Source: Candidatus Altimarinota bacterium (GTDB lineage: Bacteria > Patescibacteriota > Gracilibacteria > BD1-5 > UBA2023). Taken from it: 64,000 bases of DNA. Below the pieces are notes generated by a model. It did not search any database. It worked only from the letters and a program-made list of their open reading frames with translations, and was not told where the DNA came from. Positions 10,336 through 21,164 of this stretch are shown one piece after another. The position numbers were made by a program, and so were the translations under genes. The stretch lies in the NCBI GenBank assembly GCA_024709505.1, contig JANJWP010000003.1:4767-68766 (forward strand), in the 5' to 3' direction. How positions within the stretch are numbered: position 1 is the stretch's first letter; each line of letters begins with the position of its first letter.

Positions 10336-11157
10336 CTATGCCATAATCGAGGTTCCTCCCCTTCGGGACGAAACGTCTTCGACGTGTTCGAGCAAGGTCG
10401 AATCAACCCCGTTGAAAATATGTGCCCGTATTCCGTCATTGGCGGCGTCTCGCGCGACGGTCAATTTCGAAGCCATTCCGCCCGTTCCGGATTTCGATTT
10501 TCCGCTTCCGCACATCCGGGCGATATCCTCATCCGAAAGCCTTGCCGCATGGAGCGTGGAAATACGCGAATCGGGGCGGTCGGCATGCCGGTATACCCCA
10601 TCGGTATTCGTAACGATGGCCAAATGTTCGGCGTTTACCATCCGGGCGATCAGGAGGGCGTTTCGATCGTTATCCGCTCATTTTCCAAGCGCGACGATTT
10701 CTTCGGGAGTGGCGAAGTCATTTTCGTTGAGAATGGGAAGCGCTCCGAAATTCCAAAGCCCCTCCAAGCCCGACATGAGTCCGTTCGAATGCGAAGAATC
10801 GGATTCGATCTGCGCGTGCGTCACGAGTCCTTGCCCTACTAAAACCGGCGGATTGCACGAAGCGAAAAGCGCTTCCCAATTGGACATGAGGCGGTGTTGT
10901 CCTATCGAAGCGAGCGCTCGGCGGTCCTCCAGCGTAAGTTCCCGGTCTTTCGGAAGGTTTTTCGCCTTTCTCCCCTGGGCGACGGCGCCAGAAGAAACGA
11001 GGACGACCCTGCGACGGACGTGCGTAATGAGGTGCGATATTTCAAAGGCCAAACGGGAAAGTTTTTCGCGAGCCCGAGGCGAGTCGAAGTCGGCGGATTC
11101 GGAACCGACTTTCACGACGATGGGAGCGGCGGCGTGTCGGGAGCGTTGGGCGTTCAT
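10336..11157 (-). CDS. proB: Glutamate 5-kinase (short form without PUA domain)
   Basis: Track ORFs 10336..10641 and 10678..11157 are in one frame, joined at TGA 10678. Motifs VVKVGS, VLVSSGAV, NEND, and [UGA=G]ADNDRNALLIA matching the conserved GDND(T)LSA. TAG stop. Confidence 0.88.
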
Positions 11158-11222
11158 GCGGAAGGACTGAGAGGAAAATTGTGTGCGGAGGCGGATTCCG
11201 TTCGGAACGCCGGGAAGATGCC

Positions 11223-12806
11223 TTACTCCTCCTGCGTTTTTGGCCGCATGAGCGGGAAAAGCACGACGTCGCGGAGATTGTTTTGTTCCGTAAGAAGCGC
11301 GATGATCCGATCAACTCCCATGCCCCAGCCGGAAATCGGCGGCATGCCGTATTCCATGGCCCGGACGAATTCAGCATCTCCGGTCATTGCCTCCTCGTCA
11401 CCCTCTGAGAGGGCCTTCTCTCCAGCAGCGAAACGCTCCGCCTGGTCGATGGGATCGACGAGTTCACTGTACGAATTGACGAGTTCCCACCCATTCACGA
11501 CGAGCTGAAAGGCGTCCGCATGGTGGGGACGCTCGTCATTGCGTCGGGCGAACGGCTTGAGTTGAATGGGATAATTGTAGAGGAACGTGGGATTGACGAG
11601 CTTGGGGCGCGACATCTTCTTGTAGAGGTAGTCTATGAGCGTGGTGAGCCCCATCTTGTCGGCACCTTCGATGGCAATGCCCTTCGCCGCGATGTCGGCA
11701 CGGAGTTTCTCCACGTCGTCATACGCTGAAACGTCGATACCGGTATCGCGTTTTACGAGTTCGATATAATCTTCGCGCTTCCACGGAGTGGTAAAATCGA
11801 CGTCAACGAGTTCGTTCTGCTTGTTCCGGATCTTGCGCTTGCGTTCGAGTTTCAGTTCGTCGAAGAGATAATCGAACATCTTTTCGGTAAAGGCCATGTT
11901 ATCGCGAAAGGTCCAATACGAGCAATTGTGTTCGAGGTGGAGGTGCTCGGGAAGGTGCGAAGGATCCTGGCCTTCGTTGCGGAACGCTTTGCCAAGTTCG
12001 AAAATCTTCTCCATGCCCGCGATATTCAGAAGCTTGAGCGGGATTTCGTGCGATATTCGCAAAAACACGTCGATGTCGAGGGCTTCCTGATGGGTGACAT
12101 AGGGTTTCGCGGCAGCTCCGGTGGCCGCGTTCGTAAGAACTTGTCCTTCGATTTCGACAAATCCCTCCTTCCAATAAAATTCGCGGAGCTTGCGGACGAA
12201 ATCGCTTCGGAAACGAAAACGCTTCATGACCGCATCATCGGAAATGAGGTCGAGATAGCGTTGGCGGTATTTGGCTTCCTCGTCGGCAAGGCCGTGGAAT
12301 TTTTCTGGGAGCGGGCGGAACGCCTTGCCAAGGAATTCAACTTCGGTGGCAAAAACGGTTACCTCCCCCTTATGGGTGCGGAACGTCTCCCCGCGAACGC
12401 CGATAAAATCGCCCAAATCCACGAGCTTCTCCACGAATTTGAAAGCCGTGACGACATCTTCGAAAGGGCCGACGGAATCACGGATTTCGCCTCCGACGCG
12501 AATCTTGCAATTATCGCGGGAAAACATGACCTGCACACGACCGGTATCGTCTTGCAAATGGGCGAACGCGATCTTTCCGAAAGAACGGAAAAGCACGACG
12601 CGACCAGCAAGGGAAACGTCGGTTCCGGAAGATGCCATTACTTCTTCCGCAGTGCGGAATTCCTTTCCTTCAGCATCCGCAAGAACGCGTTCGGCCGAAT
12701 GGGTTTTTAAAAACGTTTCCGGATACGCGGGAACGCCAAGGGAACGGATACGGCTTAAACGGGCGAGACGAACGCTAAATTCGTCATTCGCGACAGGAAT
12801 GGTCAT
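11223..12806 (-). CDS. lysS: Lysine--tRNA ligase, class II
   Basis: 527 aa with an OB-fold N-domain and class II motifs (FRNEG..., ELVNSYSELVDP, EYGMPPISGWGMGVDRIIALL). TAA stop. Confidence 0.93.
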   Translation of the reverse strand: MTIPVANDEFSVRLARLSRIRSLGVPAYPETFLKTHSAERVLADAEGKEFRTAEEVMASSGTDVSLAGRVVLFRSFGKIAFAHLQDDTGRVQVMFSRDNCKIRVGGEIRDSVGPFEDVVTAFKFVEKLVDLGDFIGVRGETFRTHKGEVTVFATEVEFLGKAFRPLPEKFHGLADEEAKYRQRYLDLISDDAVMKRFRFRSDFVRKLREFYWKEGFVEIEGQVLTNAATGAAAKPYVTHQEALDIDVFLRISHEIPLKLLNIAGMEKIFELGKAFRNEGQDPSHLPEHLHLEHNCSYWTFRDNMAFTEKMFDYLFDELKLERKRKIRNKQNELVDVDFTTPWKREDYIELVKRDTGIDVSAYDDVEKLRADIAAKGIAIEGADKMGLTTLIDYLYKKMSRPKLVNPTFLYNYPIQLKPFARRNDERPHHADAFQLVVNGWELVNSYSELVDPIDQAERFAAGEKALSEGDEEAMTGDAEFVRAMEYGMPPISGWGMGVDRIIALLTEQNNLRDVVLFPLMRPKTQEE

Positions 12807-12871
12807 TTTGGCTTATTAATGGGACGAATTGGGTTTATGGTAGTAAAAAATCGAGGCTTGTCAAAAAAAGG

Positions 12872-12899
12872 TTGCGCAACGCTTTCGCAGGCGTAGAAT
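12872..12899 (+). promoter_or_regulatory. Candidate promoter for the HD-domain gene
   Basis: TTGCGC, 16-nt spacer, TAGAAT (12894-12899). Confidence 0.4.
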
Positions 12900-12941
12900 A
12901 CGGTATCTTATCCGATATTACCGCTCGCGAGGGCCAACGCA

Positions 12942-13532
12942 ATGACGGACAGGGAAATGCTCGCGAAAGCCCGGGGACTTGCGATTTCGCTCGTCGAAAA
13001 AGTCGATCACTACCAGTACCACAACGTGGGACATACCTTCGACGTTTATTCCCGAACTTCCTACCTGGCGGACATGGAAGGGGTTTCCGAAGAAGAAAAA
13101 ACCGACCTGCTCATTTCGGCGTTGTTCCATGACGTGGGTTTTTCGGTAACGTATCCGCAAAACGAAGGCATCGGCGCCGACATCGCCGAAAGTTTCCTTC
13201 GGGAAAACGGGCATCCTGAGGAGCGCGTCGCCCGGGTTCGCAGAATCATTTTGGCCACCGTCCTTTTTTCAAAAACGGGCGACCTGCTCGAAAAAATTAT
13301 TCAGGACGCCGATCTCGATAATCTGGGAAGAAAAGATTGCCTCCTCCGGACCGACGCCTACCGGAGGGAGCTCCAAACGCATTCCCCCACCCCGTTCGAC
13401 GAAGCGAAATTCCTCGATTTCACGCAGTATTTGCTCGGAGGGGCATTCACGTTCCAAACGGAAACCGGGAGGCGTGAACGGGAGGAAGGGAGACAGAAAA
13501 ATTTGGAGGCCTTCGTCGCAAGGTACCGATAA
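12942..13532 (+). CDS. HD-domain metal-dependent phosphohydrolase
   Basis: 196 aa. H..GH (HNVGHTFDV), HD (ALFHDVGF) and DADLDNLG motifs. TAA stop. Confidence 0.75.
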   Translation: MTDREMLAKARGLAISLVEKVDHYQYHNVGHTFDVYSRTSYLADMEGVSEEEKTDLLISALFHDVGFSVTYPQNEGIGADIAESFLRENGHPEERVARVRRIILATVLFSKTGDLLEKIIQDADLDNLGRKDCLLRTDAYRRELQTHSPTPFDEAKFLDFTQYLLGGAFTFQTETGRREREEGRQKNLEAFVARYR

Positions 13533-13535
13533 TGA

Positions 13536-13561
13536 AAATCCGGGGTATCCCGGATTTTTTT
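13536..13561 (+). terminator. Intrinsic terminator after the HD-domain gene
   Basis: AAATCCGGG-GTAT-CCCGGATTT followed by a T run, immediately after the stop codon. Confidence 0.75.
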
Positions 13562-13626
13562 CGAACCCGAATTTTCGCGAGGGGAAAAACGGGTATACTC
13601 TTGGGGAATCTCCAATCCGAAAACGC

Positions 13627-15621
13627 ATGCGAAAACTCTTCCGGTTCCTTCTTTTCACGACGCTCCCCCTCGCGATTCCGGCTTCCGTTCAGGCCGGAGG
13701 TTTCGTCTATCCATTCGACCAGATTTCGGCGACTTCGTGCAAATGGAATCCTTGGTCAAGCCTTAACGACGACTGCAAGATCGATTTGCCTCGAATTTCG
13801 GGGGCGAACTATTCGCAGTACGAAAAAAACCAGCTCTACCGACGGGTATACACCGTGCTTTGGGGGGCGACCTACGACTACGGTTGGGACGTCGGACTCG
13901 GCAGCCATCTGGGAGTGGATATCGCGACCTCCGCGGGAACGCCGGTTCGGTCGATTGGGGACGGAAACGTCGTATATGCGGGATGGTCGAACGGATGGGG
14001 AAACGTCGTGACGATAAAACACGTCCTCTCGGATAAGGCCGTCATCTATTCGAATTACGCGCACCTTTCCAAAATTCTCGCGAAAAACGGGGAAGTCGTG
14101 CTCGCGGGCCAAAACGTCGGGGAAGTTGGAAATACCGGGAATTCCTATGGGAACCACCTCCATTTTCAAATTGACGTGACCAATCAGGCACATCCGTACT
14201 ATTACGTTACTTGCGGAAAGGGTCTTGATCCCCTCTCGGTCGTGAACAAGGGGCTTTGTCAGGACTTCCTCAAACTCAACACCATCGATCCGATCGCGTT
14301 CCTCGAGAGCGGGAAGGTCGCGATTCCGGGCGAGGCGACTAAGGCCGTCATCGAAGCGGTAAAAAACCGTCCGGTTGAAAAAGTGGACCGTTCCAAGATG
14401 AAGACCCGTGCGGAAATCCAACAGGAAGAAATCCAAGAATTTCTCAAATCGAACAACATTTCCATAAATCTTTCCGATAAGGGAACCAATGTCATGGCCG
14501 GAAGCTCGATATGGTCTTCGGTAACGTCCGGGAACGTTCAGGGAAAGGCAACGCGGGGCAATTTTCCGGAAGCTGGACTCGATCTCGTTTATGACGCTTC
14601 GGCGCTTTCGGTATTTCCCGAAAAAATCGTCGCGCTCGAGGGCGGAAAACGCGAATTCCGAGTTACGGCCAAAAAGACCGGGGCTTTTGAAATCGCCTTT
14701 AAGATGGGACAAACGGTCATTGCCAAAAGAACGATCGTCGTCCTTTCCAAAACCGACGCGGAAAAACCCGCGACCGCCGAAATCCGCGCCCCGAACGACA
14801 TCGTTCTTGGAGAATCCAAAAACGTGCTCGTCATCATGAAGAGCAAATACGGGACCCCCCTTCTCGACTCAAAGTTCGAAGGACGCTACGTTCTCCGGGT
14901 ACTCAAGGGCAAAGCCAAATTCTGCAACGCCTCGAAAAACGAAGTGCAAAACTGCCGGACGGAAAAACTCTCCGACGAACTCGAATTCACCTACGAAGAT
15001 ACCTACCGATGAGCCCTCCAAGCACAAATTCGGGCATTCGCTTACGCTCCGATATCGCTTCAACTGGTTCGAATCGATCTTCCGAACCGGCCTTCGGTCA
15101 CGAGATTGAACCGCGACATCAGCGTAACCGCGCCGAAAGGACTCGACAATACCTACGCCTACTATGCCGAAAACGTCGCAGCGCTGCAAAAGGGATGGTT
15201 TCCGACAAAGGACGGGTACCTGCTCCAAAACCGCGAACTCGTCGGAAGCGGAGCAAAAGAACTCATCCGACGCTATCTCGGGTACCGGTGGCTCAAAGCC
15301 GGAAATGACTTCGCCAAAAAGAAATCCGTCGGGGCCGACATCGTGCGGTTCGAACGGGATTTCGGAAAAACCGACGATTTCGCTCGAATCACCCGCGGAC
15401 AATTGGCCGGACTCGTGTTCGAATATAAAAGGGAGCCCATTTCCACGTCAGGCGGAACGCCATTCGTTGACGAGGGAGGCGCTTGGCGCGACGTCATTGC
15501 CACGCTCAGGATTCGTTACAGCTTTCAATGGAAGGACCAGTTCGGCGCGAGATATTTCCAACCGGACAAAACCGTTACGGTAGGAGAAGCGCTCTACTTA
15601 ATGGAAAAAATCGGAGAATAA
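13627..15621 (+). CDS. Secreted M23/LytM-family metallopeptidase with a long C-terminal extension, 664 aa
   Basis: ATG at 13627 gives the signal peptide MRKLFRFLLFTTLPLAIPASVQA. M23 motifs HLGVDIA, GNTGNSYGNHLHFQI. Track ORFs 13474..15012 and 15106..15621 are in frame through TGA 15010. TAA stop. Confidence 0.85.
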
Positions 15622-15650
15622 GCGCGTTTGGGGAGTTCGTGCAAAATAAA

Positions 15651-15678
15651 AAAACGGCTCCCGCTTGGAAGCCGTTTT
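15651..15678. terminator. Intrinsic terminator between the M23 gene (+) and pyrE (-)
   Basis: AAAACGGCTCC-CGCTT-GGAAGCCGTTTT (one bulge) flanked by A and T runs. Confidence 0.75.
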
Positions 15679-15702
15679 AAAACGTCGTCTCGAAAAAGAA
15701 AT

Positions 15703-16491
15703 TCAGGAACCCTTGGAATAATCGGCGCCGTAGAGGCGGCGGTAATCCTTCATCGCCTCGATGATTTCGCCGACCGGATCTTCAAGGGACGGGCCCTCGG
15801 GAACCGATTCGAGCCGCGCGAGCAAATCGTCGAAGGTTGCGATGGCATGGACCGGAATCCCGTATTTGGCGCGAGCCTCCTGAACGGCTGAAAAATCGCC
15901 TTCCTTGCCTTTTTCCATGCGGTCGAAGGCAACCACGACCCCGTGGGGAATCCCTCCGGACGCGCGGATGATTTCGATGGCTTCGCCCACGGCCGTTCCG
16001 GCCGTGATGACGTCGTCAACGATGAGCACCCGCTTTTCCGCAAGCTTCGCCCCAACGATGTTTCCGCCTTCGCCGTGGTCCTTGGCTTCCTTTCGGTTGA
16101 AGGCCCACGGCTTGTCGCGACCGAACTTGCGAAACAGCCCGGCGGCGGCATGGGTCGCCAAGGGAATTCCCTTGTAGGCGGGGCCGAAAATGACGTCGAA
16201 GTCGCCGTGGGTTTCGAAATAGCCGCCGAAGCCGAAAGTCGAGTGCGCGGCGGCGGAACGCTCGTCGGGATAGAGGGAAGCGATTTTTTCGGCGTAGAGC
16301 AATCCAAGCTCCCCGGATTCGGAGCCGGTGCAAAAACTGCCGAAGTTGGCGAAATACGGCGAGACCCTTCCGGATTTCAGCGTGAATTCGCCGAACTTGA
16401 GGACGCCCTTGGCCAACATGAAGTCGAGCAGGCGGACGGCGACGGATTGGGGAAGCTCTTGCGGAAAATCCGCACAAACATCCATGACCAT
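15703..16491 (-). CDS. pyrE: Orotate phosphoribosyltransferase; apparent stop is UGA
   Basis: ATG at 16489-16491 preceded by AGGAAA. PRPP-binding loop VLIVDDVITAGTA. C-terminus ...YRRLYGADYSKGS is typical of the family, followed by TGA 15703-15705. Table 25 would add 34 codons through the terminator to TAA 15598-15600. Confidence 0.9.
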   Translation of the reverse strand: MVMDVCADFPQELPQSVAVRLLDFMLAKGVLKFGEFTLKSGRVSPYFANFGSFCTGSESGELGLLYAEKIASLYPDERSAAAHSTFGFGGYFETHGDFDVIFGPAYKGIPLATHAAAGLFRKFGRDKPWAFNRKEAKDHGEGGNIVGAKLAEKRVLIVDDVITAGTAVGEAIEIIRASGGIPHGVVVAFDRMEKGKEGDFSAVQEARAKYGIPVHAIATFDDLLARLESVPEGPSLEDPVGEIIEAMKDYRRLYGADYSKGS

Positions 16492-16511
16492 GACTGTTTC
16501 CTTTCTCCGCT

Positions 16512-17366
16512 TCAAGCGGAACGGGCGTTGCGATAATTGGAACGGTGGAGATTGATTTCGTCGCGGGTCTTCCCCGCTGCGGCCGCCACGTCCTTGGCGT
16601 AGATGATGCCCCGCGAAGAGTTGATCATCATGCCGAAGCCGTCGGAATCCTGTCCGGCCTTGACGGTCGCTTCGACGTCGCCGCCCTGGGCCCCGATTCC
16701 GGGAACTAAGATCGGCATGTCGCCGACGAGTTCGCGAACGCGGGCAAGCTCCGAAGGACGGGTCGCGCCAACCACGAGGGCCATGCGATTCCCCCCATGA
16801 CGAGCGTTGAGTTCGGCCATCCTGCAAGCGACCTGCTCATAGAGCTTGAGGCCGTTATTCAAGACGAGGTCCTGAAAGTCGCCCCCACCGGGATTGCTCG
16901 TGCGGCAAAGCACGATGACGCCCTTGTCCTCGTATTCGAGGAAAGGTTCGAGCGTATCGAGTCCCATGTAGGGATTGACGGTCACCGCGTCGGCGCCGAA
17001 TCGGACGAAGGCCTCTTCGGCGTATTTCTCGGCGGTATTGCCGATATCGCCGCGTTTGGCGTCGAGAATCACGGGCGTTTTATAGTCGCGCTGGATGCGG
17101 GAGATGAGCATCTGCAGTTCTTCTTCCTTTTCGTAGCGGGAAAAGAAGGCCGCGTTCGGTTTGAAGACCGAAGCGTGCCTGGCCGTAGCCGAAACGGCGT
17201 CGAGGCAAAAGTCGGCAATGACGTCACGAATGGCCGGATTGGCGAATTCGCTGCCGCGAGCCTTGGCAATGGAAGCGTAATCGGGATCGAGTCCGACGCA
17301 GAGAAGCGAATTTTTACGTTCCTGCGAGGCGCGGAGTTTCTCAAAAAATGAACGGGGTTTCGTCAT
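16512..17366 (-). CDS. pyrF: Orotidine 5'-phosphate decarboxylase (type 2); apparent stop is UGA
   Basis: 284 aa with LCVGLDP, ILDAKRGDIGNT and VGATRP motifs. Ends at TGA 16512-16514, 20 nt before the out-of-frame pyrE ATG. Confidence 0.9.
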   Translation of the reverse strand: MTKPRSFFEKLRASQERKNSLLCVGLDPDYASIAKARGSEFANPAIRDVIADFCLDAVSATARHASVFKPNAAFFSRYEKEEELQMLISRIQRDYKTPVILDAKRGDIGNTAEKYAEEAFVRFGADAVTVNPYMGLDTLEPFLEYEDKGVIVLCRTSNPGGGDFQDLVLNNGLKLYEQVACRMAELNARHGGNRMALVVGATRPSELARVRELVGDMPILVPGIGAQGGDVEATVKAGQDSDGFGMMINSSRGIIYAKDVAAAAGKTRDEINLHRSNYRNARSA

Positions 17367-17499
17367 GGTCGGCGTTCCTTTCTTTTTCGGACGATGTGAA
17401 TGAACGTTCGAACGGAACCCGAATTTTTCCGGGTCCGAAACGAATCATTGACGATAGTACGTTTTTTATGGATAAGTCAATCGCAATCGGCTGTTCCAC

Positions 17500-19464
17500 C
17501 TACCACTTCTCCGATTCGCGCAATTCGTCGCGGAGCTCGGAAATTTTATCGCGGAGCTCGGCGGCGAGTTCGAAGTCGAGGTTCGACGCGGCGACGTCCA
17601 TTTCGAGTTCCAGGCGCTTCAAGACTGCCCGCGGATCACCGGAATAATCGGTTTTTCCTATTTTTTTGCCCTTGAGTCCGATTTCCTTGATGCTCGAAAC
17701 GATAGTTGTCGGCGTTATGCCATGAGTCTCGTTATACGCTTCCTGCACGGCTCGGCGGCGTTCGGTTTCGCCGATGGCCTTTTCCATCGCGGCGGAAATC
17801 TTTTTCGCGTGGGAATACATGACGACCCTTCCGTTAGAATTGCGGGCGGCACGACCGATAATCTGTAAAAGCGAGGAAACCGAGCGGAGAAACCCCACTT
17901 TCTCGGCATCGAGAATGCCGATGAACGAAACTTCGGGCAAGTCGAGCCCTTCGCGAAGGAGGTTCACCCCCACGATGGCTTCGATTTTTCCGGTTCGCAG
18001 GTCACGGAGGATTTCGAGACGTTCGATGGTTTCGATTTCGGAATGGAGATAGCGGACCTTTACGCCATTTCCCGCGAGGTATTCCGCCAATTCCTCCGAC
18101 GATTTCTTCGTCAGCGTCGTAATGAGAGCGCGCTCGCCTCTTGCACGGACCTCTTTCAGATTCCGCATGATCGAATCGGCCATGAATTCCATGCCTTCGA
18201 TCTCGATCTTGGGATCGAGGAGTCCCGTAGGACGGATGATTTGTTCGGCCACGACCGACGAACGCGAAAGTTCGTACTCGGCAGGAGTTGCCGAAACGCA
18301 GACGGTCTGGGCGATCTTTTTCTCGAATTCCTCGAATTTGAGCGGTCGGTTCTCCATCGCGGAAGGAAGCCGAAATCCGAAATCGACGAGATTTTCCTTT
18401 CTCGACCGGTCGCCCGCGTACATTCCTCCGATTTGCGGAATGGTAATGTGCGATTCGTCAACGAAGGTCAAGAAGTCTTCCGGAAAAAAGTCCAAAAGGG
18501 TCGAGGGGGTTTCTCAAAATCCCCTGCGGGAAAGGTACATCGAATAGTTTTCTATTCCGTTAACGTATCCGACCTCGGTGAGCATCTCGATATCGTATTC
18601 GGTTTTCATTTTGAGCCGTTCGGCTTCGACCAAACGGCCGTTCTCACGGAAAAACCGAAGCCGTTCTTCGAGTTCGGCGCGGATTTTCGGAACGATTTCC
18701 GCTACCAGCTCGGGCGAGGTAACGAAATGCTTAGCCGGAAACACCGTAACCGTTTCAACCGCCTCCAAAACGCGGTTGGTAACGGCTTCTTTCCGGACGA
18801 TATTTTCGAGTTCGCCGTCAAAAAACGACAGCGACCAAAACGTTTCCGACGAGGCCGGAAAGATTTCGAGCTGATCTCCCATGACGCGAAACGATCCGGG
18901 GAGGAAATCGGCCGTCGCGCGACGGAATTGGAGCGCCACGAGAGAATCGAGAATCGATTCGACGCGGTAATTTTCGCCGACCGAAAAACGGATCCGTCCC
19001 GAGCCGTAATCCTCCTTCTCGCCGATGCCGTAAATGCACGAAACCGACGCGACGATAATGACGTCTCGCCGGGAAAGGAGGCTTTCGGTGGCCGCATGGC
19101 GGAGACGGTCGATCTCTTCGTTGATGGTCGCTTCTTTTTCGATGTATTGGCCCGTTTTGACCACGAATGCCTCCGGCTGGTAATAATCGTAGTAGGAAAC
19201 GAAATAATGAACGGCATTGTCGGGGAAGAATTCTTTGAATTCCTGGGCCAACTGGGCGGCGAGGGTCTTATTGTGCGCGATGACGAGCGTTGGGCGCTGC
19301 AACCGCGAAATCACGTTCGCCATCGTAAAGGTCTTTCCCGACCCCGTAACACCAAGGAGGGTCTGACAGCGGTTGCCCACGGAAATGGATGCGCAAAGGT
19401 CGTCGATGGCCTTCGGCTGGTCTCCCGTAGGGAAATATTTGGAAGCGAGGCGGAAGGGGTACAT
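17500..19464 (-). CDS. uvrB: Excinuclease ABC subunit B
   Basis: Track ORFs 17500..18495 and 18514..19641 (from ATG 19464) are in frame through TGA 18514. Motifs GVTGSGKT, YSMYLSRRGF[UGA=G]ETPSTLLDFFP, VDESH, and a C-terminal UVR domain. TAG stop. Confidence 0.95.
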
Positions 19465-19625
19465 GGAAAAAGGCAATGGAATCGAACCGGAAGTATACCA
19501 AAAAAATCCCGAGCGGCAACGAATGAACCGTGGAAAACGGGAAAAACCAAAAAAACTTGCGGACCGTCCGCGAGATGCGGTACAATAGTCCGTCGTAACG
19601 AAGCGTTCCTTATCCTTTTGCGAAT

Positions 19626-20351
19626 ATGGAAACCGCGACATTTGGGAAACGGGACTTCCTACGCCCGACCCTCGTGCTCATCGAAGAGCACAAAGAAGAC
19701 ATACTTCGGGAATGGCTTGAAAACGGCCAAACCGAACGGGTGACTTCGGCGACGGGCGAAACCGCCGAAGAAATCGGAAGGGATTTCCTTTCCGCCGTCA
19801 TATCCGACATTGGCACGGTTGCTGGAGAAAAATTCCGCATGGTCGGCGCCGACGTTCTCGCCAAATGTTTTCACGATCTCAAACGTTCGGCCGTATTGGT
19901 GCTCGAGGGAATAGGAAGCCTTCGAAGCATTCACCGCGCCTTCGATGAAGGATTGGTCGCCATACTCTCGGCCCATGCGACCGCAACCGAAAACCTCACG
20001 AAAGAATACCGCCGTGCGGTCGATGCCTCGGCGTTGGTTTCGACCACCGACCCGATGGGAGTGATTACCCACGTGAACGAACGGTTCTGCGAAGCTTCGG
20101 GATATTCCCGGGAAGAGCTCATCGGCAAACCCCACAGCATCGTTCGGCATCCGGATGTCCCTTCGTCGATTTTTGCTGAAATGTGGTCCGTCATAAAATC
20201 CAAAAACGTGTGGCGGGGGATTTTGAAAAATCGTAGGAAAGACGGCAGTTCCTACCGCGTGAGCACGACGATTTCCCCCATATTGGGCTTGAACGGCGAA
20301 ATTCGCGAATACGTTTCGATCCGGTGGGAAATCCCCGAAAGCGGAAATTAG
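19626..20351 (+). CDS. PAS-domain sensor protein
   Basis: 241 aa. The C-terminal half (ITHVNERFCEASGYSREELIGKPHSIVRHPD...WRGILKNRRKDGSSY) is a typical PAS fold. TAG stop. Confidence 0.8.
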   Translation: METATFGKRDFLRPTLVLIEEHKEDILREWLENGQTERVTSATGETAEEIGRDFLSAVISDIGTVAGEKFRMVGADVLAKCFHDLKRSAVLVLEGIGSLRSIHRAFDEGLVAILSAHATATENLTKEYRRAVDASALVSTTDPMGVITHVNERFCEASGYSREELIGKPHSIVRHPDVPSSIFAEMWSVIKSKNVWRGILKNRRKDGSSYRVSTTISPILGLNGEIREYVSIRWEIPESGN

Positions 20352-21163
20352 AAAGAGACCCGGCTCGCGATAACCCTCCAGTTTTCCAGGGAAATTCTTT
20401 CGGGACGTTCATCCAAGCGGATCGCAAGCTCCCCGAAAAGCGTTTCTATCGTGTCTTTCGGGACTCCGAGACCGGAAGACAGATTGGACGCAGCCTTCTT
20501 GCGTGGAGAAGAAAATCCCGCCCGGACGACCTGCAGAAGGCGCTTGTCAAAATTCGGGTCGGACAAGGGCGCGACCGAAAACCGCAGCGCCGCACTGTCA
20601 ACCTTTGGGGCCGGACGGAAACATCAAGCCGGAACTCTCGCGACGAGTTCGATATCTTGGCACGCGTTTTTACAAAAAAGGGAGAGTCCCGATTCTTTCC
20701 CCTCTTTCGCGAGAATCCGTTCGGAAACTTCCTTTTGCATGAGAATGACCATGAATTCGGGACGAACGGGCAGTCCGTAGAAAAAACGGTCGAAAATCGG
20801 CGAAGTGATATAATAGGGAATGTTCGCGATGATCCGGTAACGCTCGAATTCGGGAACGTATTTGAGCACGTCAGACTCCAAAATGCGGAATGCCGTTCCT
20901 TCCGGAACGTGCAAATCCCCCTTGGAAAGACGGTCTTTCAGAATGCGCACCATGTCCGGGTCGAGCTCCACGAGCGTAAGCGATTTTGGTCGCATCGAAA
21001 GGAGCCGCTCGGTCAAGGCCCCGTATCCCGGACCGATTTCGACGACGTCTTGCCCTTCGACATCAATCGCCCGAGCAATGGACGAAAGCGCCGCGTCATC
21101 AACGAGGAAATTCTGTCCGAACGCCTTTTTCGCCCGGATGGCATAGTCGGATACGACGCTCAT
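20348..21163 (-). CDS. rsmA: 16S rRNA (adenine1518/1519-N6)-dimethyltransferase
   Basis: Track ORFs 20348..20566 and 20624..21163 are in frame through TGA 20624. Motifs FGQNFL, VEIGPGYGALT, IIANIPYYITSPI, VPA[UGA=G]CFRPAPKVDSA. TAA stop. Confidence 0.9.
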
Positions 21164-21164
21164 A

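Noticed and set aside
16489-16514. A pyrF-pyrE fusion protein (UMP synthase-like) through UGA=Gly.
   Set aside because: The pyrE ATG and the whole pyrE frame are offset by 23 nt (not a multiple of 3) from the pyrF frame, so read-through does not yield OPRTase sequence. A fusion would be possible only if the assembly has an indel.
15703-16827. A 374-aa version of the pyrE ORF and the overlapping ORFs 15750..16307 and 16016..16477.
   Set aside because: The first 112 residues are Arg-rich out-of-frame readings of the pyrF 3' end. OPRTase homology begins at ATG 16491, which has an SD-like AGGAAA. The other two are alternative frames of pyrE.
17408-17440. A possible terminator hairpin between uvrB and pyrF (GGAACCCG...CGGGTCC).
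   Set aside because: The stem has a mismatch and no adjacent T run on the minus strand, so support is too weak to call.
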